A stretch of 64,000 bases of DNA. Source: Macrostomum lignano. Taxonomy: Eukaryota. Where the stretch lies: positions 188,614 to 252,613 of the forward strand of contig NIVC01000876.1 in the NCBI GenBank assembly GCA_002269645.1. The letters run 5' to 3'. Shown here piece after piece: positions 54,766 through 64,000 of the stretch. The notes beneath the pieces are model-generated. The model did no database searches. It was not told where the DNA came from and was given only the letters and a program-made list of their open reading frames with translations. How positions within the stretch are numbered: position 1 is the stretch's first letter; the number at the start of each line of letters is the position of its first letter. The position numbers were made by a program, and so were the translations under genes.

Positions 54766-55559
54766 CGCAAAGCCTATCCAACCCTCTTTCTTCTCCTGTT
54801 TTAATTTAAATAATTTTTTAATTGATTATTTCCGTCATTTCAGTAGGAAATCTTCAAGGGACAAAACAGTCACTTATGGAAAACTAATTTCGACAAAACA
54901 GTTGAACTAGTGAGGGGGCGGCGCCACATTCTCCGGCAATGAAATCGAAATGAACAATGGCAGAAGAAGAGAACAGAGAGCAGTGGGCGGAGTGAGTCTT
55001 TCCCAAAGGCAGCTCAACAGCCATTCGCTCCTCTCGAAGCACTTGAGTCTCGGGTGTTGATTCAGTGCTGGCACTGTGTGTTTCTGCTCCTAGGATCAAT
55101 ATTTGCATGTTTGACACGAGCCGCGCATGCAGAGCGGCAGCTCGTCTCTCTTATCCTTCTGCCGCAAGCTATGCTAAGGTAGACACGGAAACAACACACG
55201 GAGGTGAGAAGAGGATTTCTTAAAGGGCTTTCCCTCCACCCCCAGAAAACTCGCTCTCACTTCTGAGACCGCAGCCGCCCTGTGAGACTCAGCCAGGAGT
55301 GCCGGAGTGGTGGGAGTGCGCGGCTGCAGCAGAGTGCACCCTGCCTGATCAATATTTGCACCGGGGATGGCAGCTTAAAGCAACAGCCAGCTGGGAAGCC
55401 TCTGGGCCTCGTCTGGACTCCCCACATGGGACGGTTGCTCATCAATAACCGATTAATTGTTAGCAATGGCACCCTTGCGGCTCTGCTCTGATGCGATGTG
55501 TGATGGGGCTTCCGTAGGCTGCAGTGCGTGAGATTTCTGATGAAATTTTGGATCAACTT

Positions 55560-56345
55560 TCTATAGACCTGATGCCATAGATATTGTACCGATAGATCCG
55601 TTGTGTCTATAGATCTAATACCGATAGATCCTCTTTGTCTATAGATCTAGTACCGATAGATCCAGTGTGTCTATAGATCTAGTACCGATAGATCCAGTGT
55701 GTCTATAGATCTAGTACCGATAGATCCAGTGTGTCTATAGATCTAGTACCGATAGATCCAGTGTGTCTATAGATCTAGTACCGATAGATCCAGTGTGTCT
55801 ATCGATCTAGTACCGATAGATCCTCTTTGTCTATAGATCTAGTACCGATAGATCCAGTGTGTCTATAGATCTAGTACCGATAGATCCAGTGTGTCTATAG
55901 ATCTAGTACCGATAGATCCAGTGTGTCTATAGATCTAGTACCGATAGATCCAGTGTGTCTATAGATCTAGTACCGATAGATCCAGTGTGTCTATCGATCT
56001 AGTACCGATAGATCCAGTGTGTCTATCGATCTAGTACCGATAGATCCAGTGTGTCTATAGATCTAGTACCGATAGATCCAGTGTGTCTATAGATCTAGTA
56101 CCGATAGATCCAGTGTGTCTATAGATCTAGTACCGATAGATCCAGTGTGTTTATAGATCTAGTACCGATTGATCTATAGTGTCTATAGATCTAGTACCGA
56201 TGGATCGATTGTGTCGATAGATCTAGTACCGATGGATCGATTGTGTCGATAGATCTAGTGCCTATGAATATCTACCTAGCAATCCATCGACTATAAGCTG
56301 GGTGCTTATAGATTTAGTGATTATAGATCTATTGTGCCTATAGAT
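55560..56345. repeat. 32-bp palindrome-rich minisatellite (CTATAGATCTAGTACCGATAGATCCAGTGTGT)n
   Basis: About 24 copies. Confidence 0.97.
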
Positions 56346-56939
56346 CTGCATTCAAAGTACAGCAAATATTTTGATTAATTTTCTGCATCTCCAGACTTTC
56401 TAAATTCACTCTTGCTTAAAGTAAATGCAGCCCGAGAGCTCCAGGCATTGAATTCTGAGCAGCCTCACCCATCATCCCATCGCCATCCCCTTTTTGTTGC
56501 CATGGAAACCAGACGGAATCATTTCAATCTTCGCTCGACGTTAGAGAGAGTTGCCTTCGCAGATGACATCGAAGCTGAAGCGGGAGGGGGTTGGGGCTGC
56601 CTTGTTTGCGGCCGCAAATCCCCTCTTAAGATCCCATCGGCTCGGATTGAAAGTGAAACGCTGCCGGTTTTCCCTGACATTGGCTTGGGGATTAAAATCC
56701 CCTCCCGAATCTTTTATCCCAGAGATTTCAAAACTTGTATTCGTGCGTATCAGCGAGATTGGTTTGATGAGCACGAGTTTTACCTGCCTGCGTCTCTCTG
56801 ATTGCCCCGCTGCGAAATTGACATGACGGAAAACTTGGGGGGGAGGCGCACATGACCTGGATTGGGCTCGACTCGGTGAGGATTTTATTCCCAATGAGGT
56901 GAACGCCTGTTGCTGATGGAGCGACACTATTTTAGCTGA

Positions 56940-58900
56940 GAAGACACTGAGACAGGCACTGAGACACTGAGACAGACAATGAGACAGACACAGAGACAGA
57001 CACAGAGACAGACACTGAGACAGACACTGAGACAGACACTAAAACAGAAACTGAGACAGACACTGAGACAGACACAGAGACAGACACTGAGACAGACACT
57101 GAGACAGACACAGAGACAGACACTGAGACAGACACTGAGACAGACACTGAGACAGAAACTGAGACAGACACTGAGACAGACACTAAAACAGACACTAAGA
57201 CAGACACTGAGACAGACACTGAGACACTGAGACAGACAATGAGACAGACACTGAGACAGACACTGAGACAGACACTGAGACAGACACTAAGACAGACACT
57301 GAGACAGACACTAAGACAGACACTGAGACAGACACTAAAACAGACACTCAGACAGACACTAAGACAGACACTGAGACAGACACTGAGACAGACACTAAGA
57401 CAGACACTGAGACAGACACTAAAACAGACACAGAGACAGACACTGAGACAGACACAGAGACAGACACTGAGACAGACACTAAGACAGACACTGAGACAGA
57501 CACTAAAACAGACACTAAGACAGACACTAAGACAGACACTGAGACAGACACAGAGACAGACACTGAGACAGACACTGAGACAGACACTGAGACAGAAATT
57601 GAGACAGACACTGAGACAGACACAGAGACAGACACTAAGACAGACACTGAGACAGACACTGAGACACTGAGACAGACAATGAGACAGACACTGAGACAGA
57701 CACTGAGACAGACACTGAGACAGACACTAAGACAGACACTGAGACAGACACTAAGACAGACACAGAGACAGACACTAAAACAGACACTAAGACAGACACT
57801 AAGACAGACACTGAGACAGACACTGAGACAGACACTGAGACAGACACTGAGACAGACACTGAGACAGAAACTGAGACAGACACAGAGACAGACACAGAGA
57901 CAGACACTGAGACAGACACTGAGACAGACACTAAGACAGACACTGAGACAGACACTAAGACAGACACTGAGACAGACACTAAAACAGACACTAAGACAGA
58001 CACTGAGACAGACACTGAGACACTGAGACAGACAATGAGACAGACACTGAGACAGACACTGAGACAGACACTGAGACAGACACTGAGACAGACACTAAGA
58101 CAGACACTGAGACAGACACTAAGACAGACACTGAGACAGACACTAAAACAGACACTAAGACAGACACTGAGACAGACACTGAGACACTGAGACAGACAAT
58201 GAGACAGACACTGAGACAGACACTGAGACAGACACTGAGACAAACACTAAGACAGACACTGAGACAGACACTGAGACAGACACTGAGACAGACACTGAGA
58301 CAGACACTGAGACAGAAACTGAGACAGACACAGAGACAGACACTGAGACAGACACTGAGACAGACACTGAGACAGACACTAAGACAGACACTGAGACAGA
58401 CACTAAGACAGACACTGAGACAGACACTAAAACAGACACTAAGACAGACACTGAGACAGACACTGAGACAGACACTAAGACAGACACTGAGACAAACACT
58501 AAGACAGACACTGAGACAGACACTAAGACAGACACTGAGACAGACACTAAAACAGACACTAAGACAGACACTAAGACAGACACTGAGACAGACACAGAGA
58601 CAGACACTGAGACAGACACTGAGACACTGAGACAGACAATGAGACAGACACTGAGACAGACACTGAGACAGACACTGAGACAAACACTAAGACAGACACT
58701 GAGACAGACACTAAGACAGACACTGAGACAGACACTAAAACAGACACTAAGACAGACACTAAGACAGACACTGAGACAGACACAGAGACAGACACTGAGA
58801 CAGACACTGAGACAGACACTGAGACAGAAACTGAGACAGACACTGAGACAGACACAGAGACAGACACAGAGACAGACACTGAGACAGACACTGAGACAGT
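56940..58900. repeat. 12-bp minisatellite (GAGACAGACACT)n
   Basis: About 160 copies with recurring variants. Confidence 0.98.
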
Positions 58901-59574
58901 CGCAGCCCCGGCAGAAGACGCTGTGAGCTGACAGTCACTGAGTCCCCCAGTATACTTGGCCAGCCATGCGTGCAGCAGACCACAATGGCTGCCGCTCGCC
59001 TTTCATTCAAAGCTCAACAACAAAAGCCCAGACAAAAACATCAGACACTTGACTCAACGCGAGCTCTCAGTTCTCATCACGGCTGTCGGGGGGATTAGCG
59101 ACACACCGAACCCGCCCCGGATTCCGCCAGCGGTTGCGCAAACCGCCCGACACCAGATGGTGCGCCGGCTAGCGCTCACCGCGGGGCGTCGCTCGCAGAG
59201 TTGATGATGACGCTGAGTGCGGGAGGCTGGGCTGAGCTGAGCTGAGTTCATCGTTTCGCTCAAAGTGGCGCACAAGATGAGCCGCCCGGAGCCCCGAGGC
59301 GGCGGCGGCGGACTCGTCCCGGCCATCAGCTTCCGCTCTGATGCGCTCGGAAGCCCCGCGCTGTGACGCCTCCTCGCCTAACATCGTCGCGAAGCCACTT
59401 GTGGGCTACTCGGCGAGGGCCAATTATGCCCGGCTTTGGATGGGCGAATGGAGGGCGACAGGGGTCAGCGCTGGAGAGGGGACAGATGGCAGCTGCAATG
59501 CCGAATATTATATCGAGTAGGGCGGGATGCTAACTTGGTGTGACAGAGACTCGGAAATGCTCGGTGTAATTGAT

Positions 59575-60130
<556 letters not shown>

Positions 60131-62689
60131 ACAGCAGGTGCACGAATCTGCTCTCAAAGAGATGGCAAATCATTTGAAAATAGATATCCGAGTCACGAAT
60201 GATTGAAACGGCTTAATTATGAAATGCAGGTTTTCAAAATCAGTGAATTGGAAAAGCGGAAATGCGGACACACCCAGTCTGCTTGTCTGCTTGTGGATTA
60301 AAACAAAATTGATGTCATTTTAAACAAAAAATTTGCCGTCAAAAATTGCTGTTTTGTATTCCTTTATTCTGGGCGTTGTCCCCGGGTTGCCTATCTCCCA
60401 TTGTTTAGTCTCCCCTCTCAGCGCTGTGTCCGGATTTCAGCTCGACCAGAAAATGCAGAATCTGTTGACCAACTCGCCGCCCCGGCTGCTCGACATCAAT
60501 TAAATGATTTTACGAGCGAATCTGCATGCACGGGGTGACCCGCAAAAAAGTAGCCATTTAACTGTAAACTGTGGCCGTCATAAAATGTCTGGGGGGGGGG
60601 TTGCAGCCATAAACATGACCGGCCGCTTAATGAGGATGTTTAATGGGAGGCTGGGCAGCGGATTTCCTGTAATTTTCAGGGGAAAAAATCCCAATAAAAT
60701 AGTCATTCAAGAGTCTGAGCTGTCCAGGTGTGAAAATAAGAAACTGCAACAGCCCCAGTTCGCTCCATCAATCAGTGGCTGCTGCACGGGGTCGGTCATG
60801 ATGGATGAGGACCAGAAAGACCAGAAGCAAAAACGTGGCGCGCAAATGAAGAAACAAGGCGACCCACAAGGCGGGTCGATGGACACCGGAGTGACAGCTC
60901 GTCTTTGTGCGCGAACCTCTCGCGGTTTCAAATATCTATCGATACTCCACTGGGTTTGCAACAAAAAAGTAACGAGATAACAGACTGGGGGGGGGGCGGA
61001 ATATTGAAACCCGCGACCTGCTTGGCAACTGAAACCAGGGAGACACCAAAATCTGAGCCCAGAGTTTGATGATGAAGACAACAAGAAATTGAAAGGAACA
61101 AAATCACCGCCCCACCCCACAGGTGGTCTCACGATTTCAATCATCACTGATTCAACCGCCACTTCCGTGAGGAGGCGGTGCGCTTCCATCCGAATTTGCG
61201 GGGAGCAAAGCGGAACCGGCTATCCCGCCATTATTGGCGATGGCATCACTCCAGCTTCCATCATCTGCACCTCTTTCCAGACGTCCAAGTCCTCATTAGC
61301 AACGCTTTGAACCTCCCGCTGGGGGAGGATGGCTGGCCTGACCCCTGCCTTGGACCAGCGGTCCTCTGTCAATCTTCGGGCAGCTGCCCCGGCTACAGGT
61401 AGCCGTATTCGACGTTACCTGGCGATTGCTTTCATGATGGACCAACGTAGCGTGATCTGCAGTTATTGTGATCACGGCAGATGTGTGTTTGATGTTTGAG
61501 TTTGAATGCATATCCTTTAGTGTGCGACCTCGGGTTCAGCTTGCCGCAGCTCCCTTACAAATTCTTAGCTTCTCTTTGACTGTCTGTCTGCTTATTTTAA
61601 TCCTCTTGTGCCACTCAACACTCCATAAACTGTCCATTAACAACACGATGGGCGGTTCTCATCAGCTTTCGGGTTGGGTGAAGCTGGCAGAATTCAGCGA
61701 ATTGAGCCGACCACGGTCAATATTTATGCTTCTGGCTTCGCTCTGGCTGTGCAAATCGGTTTATTGGCGACGACTTCTCTATAAAATGCGAAATGGGGGG
61801 GGGCGTCCGTCTTTAGCGACCTTTCTTCGGCACGTTGCTGCCCCTAGAGGCGAGCGGTTTCGTCAACAGCGGAGCCATAAGAGATAAACTTCAGAAAGTT
61901 TGCAGCATCCATATAATAGAGAATTGGCGGGCAGGCGCTTCTGTGTACTTTGGCCAAAGGCTGTTTTTTCAAACTGCCTTGATGTCAAAAAAGCAGCCAG
62001 AACTGACGCAAACTTTGCACGGCGCTTTTCTTCCATCTTAATGGTCAGCAGCACGCGTCCTTCGCAATAGTGCTGTCCCTTCCTGACAGTCACTCTTGTT
62101 GTGTGCTTTCCATGTCAACCAAGCGCGCGGTAAAATGCATCTTGCAGCCGCGAATTCACCTTAAATAACTGCCGGGGGTTCCATGCAGCGCTGCGTAAAT
62201 CCCTGCAGAGTGCGGGCCGGCCACTCCGATCGAGCCTTCTTAACAGCAACATACCAGCGAATTCTTGAAGGCTCAGTCAGCGATTTACCCGCCCGAGATT
62301 GTATCCAAACCGCGAGCCTAAAATATCAAATCATTGCCCCGGAGATTTGCACAAATATATTGCGCAGGTGGAAGCTCGAGGCCGCTTTCGAGGCAGGGAC
62401 AAAGGATTAAGCCTGGTACCTTTACCTGTACTGCTTTGCTACCTTGCCCCCCTATCTGCCTTTTCTAGCTGCGCAGATAACTAAAGCTGGCATAGAAATT
62501 CAATTTCGGCTCAGCAGATCTGGCTGAGCTCCAATGAAACAGAAATTTTTTCTGCACACACTGAGGGCACTTTCGCGTCCGGCCCTGGCCTGGAGGACGC
62601 GCTGTGCGAAAAACTCTTCTGCTATCAGTGGCATCAACTGTTGCAGACTCACTCGCTACCCCCTCCTCTTGTTTGTCCATCATCTCTCA

Positions 62690-62810
62690 TCTGTCATATC
62701 CCCTCTCTTTCTCCTCTCTCCCTTTCTCTTTTCTCACATCTCCCCTCTCTCTCTTCTCCCTTCTCCTCTCTCCCCTCTCTCACCACTCATCTCCCCTCTC
62801 TCCCCTCTGA
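62690..62810. repeat. CT-rich low-complexity tract
   Basis: Read directly. Confidence 0.85.
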
Positions 62811-63454
62811 GAATATAAAATCCCAAATTCAGATCCCATCTCAGCTCGACCTCTCCATCCTCAACAAGCAATCCTCAATGAATTTGCAATCATTCAATGG
62901 CATCGCAGGCACTTAATTCCCTGATTGCTCTCAGATCCCTTTAACTCCCCCTGTTTCTCTGAAAAAAATACCCCAAAATGCTGACTAATTTCCCACCCAG
63001 ATAGTCATTTTTAATCTCCGATTGCGAGGCGAAATGCCGGAGCCCAGACAAAGGGAGCAGACGATGCACGATTTTTTTGCTTAATAACAAAATCAGAGCT
63101 CCCGGTGAGCACAAACACAGCGAACCGATCCCCTCCTGAGATCTCTGCTCCCATAAGCTGTCGACAATAACGGCTCCAAGGCTAAGTAGGACGGGATCTC
63201 CTCCCCATTGTGCTTGCTGTGAGGAGAAATATGCGGGCCGCTGCTCTTTGCCCCAAACGATTGCCATTCACTCCCAGATGGGTTTGGCTTTTGTGAAGAA
63301 GCTTTTATCAACGAAATGAGAGCGATTTCTGTCAGTGCCATGTCTGCCTGCCACGGATGGGCTGCTCAGAATCCCCAGCATTAGCTGTATGATTATCCCC
63401 ATTTTCAGGTGGGAATTGGATGGGAGCGCGCTGCAAAAGAGGGAAGCTGGCGAA

Positions 63455-63875
63455 GAAGGGTGAGATGTAGGGAGACAGAGGGTAGAGAGGAAGATGAAGG
63501 GAGACGGAGGTTGTAGAGAGGGAGATGTAGGGAGACAGAGGGTAGAGAGGAAGATGAATGGAGACGGAGGTGGTAGAGAGGAAGATGTAGGGAAGACTGG
63601 GTAAGATGGAGGTGAAGGGAGTCAGTAGGTGAGAAGGAGATGAAAGGAGACAGACAGTAGGTAGAGAGGGAGATGCAGGGAGATATTACGTTGAGGGGAG
63701 ATGAAGGGAGACAGTAGGAACGGAGATGAAAGGAGACAGTAGGTTGAGGGGAAGATGAAGGGAGACAGAGGATAGAGAGGGAGATGAAGGGAGGCAGAGA
63801 AGAGGGTGAGAAGTAGGGAGGCAGAGAAGAGGGTGAGATGTAGGGAGGCAGAGAAGAGGGTGAGATGAGGGGAGC
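63455..63875. repeat. Degenerate purine-rich tandem array (GAGATGAAGGGAGACAGAGGGTAGAGAGG-like)
   Basis: Read directly. Confidence 0.88.
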
Positions 63876-64000
63876 TCTCAGGTCCCTGGCGCTGGCCCAG
63901 GCTCTGCTCGAGCTGCCTCTGAAGCCATCGAGTCTCCTATTGGCTGTCAGCGCCAGCCGCGGCCAGCCAATGGGAGGCTCGCTGCTTCACCCCCTGTGTT

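Noticed and set aside
59230-59520. GC-rich stretch with an open frame (AARSPEAAAADSSRPS...EYYIE*)
   Set aside because: No recognisable domain, and no supported start or acceptor. GC-rich DNA gives such frames by chance.

Overview
This is animal genomic DNA, not prokaryotic: GT-AG introns, GC-rich exons and interstitial TTAGGG. Roughly a third of the window is tandem repeat. The pattern resembles a repeat-rich invertebrate such as the flatworm Macrostomum, but that is an inference only. Three genes can be rebuilt with every splice phase consistent: a p24/TMED cargo receptor (minus strand, 2 exons, 218 aa), a two-pore-domain K+ channel (minus, 3 exons, 307 aa) and casein kinase II alpha (plus, 6 exons, 378 aa). 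A fourth, partial coiled-coil gene (minus, about 0.4-1.8 kb) carries two apparent 1-nt frameshifts. Mobile DNA includes a truncated R1/LOA-like reverse transcriptase fragment, two hAT-type non-autonomous elements with 8-bp TSDs, a MITE, Helitron/Helentron-like pieces, and weak SINE and RTE remnants. The most unusual feature is the architecture. Nearly every intron holds its own unrelated minisatellite, and these usually stop about 20-35 bp short of the acceptor. Two arrays are built from composite AG|GT splice-like units. From 26.4 kb to the end, about 25 different arrays alternate with short unique islands that may hide frame-preserving microexons. I see no CRISPR array, rRNA, intact tRNA or intact transposase. 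Most long ORFs in the supplied track are repeat artefacts. Exon coordinates were counted base by base; array edges are approximate (about 10-20 bp).
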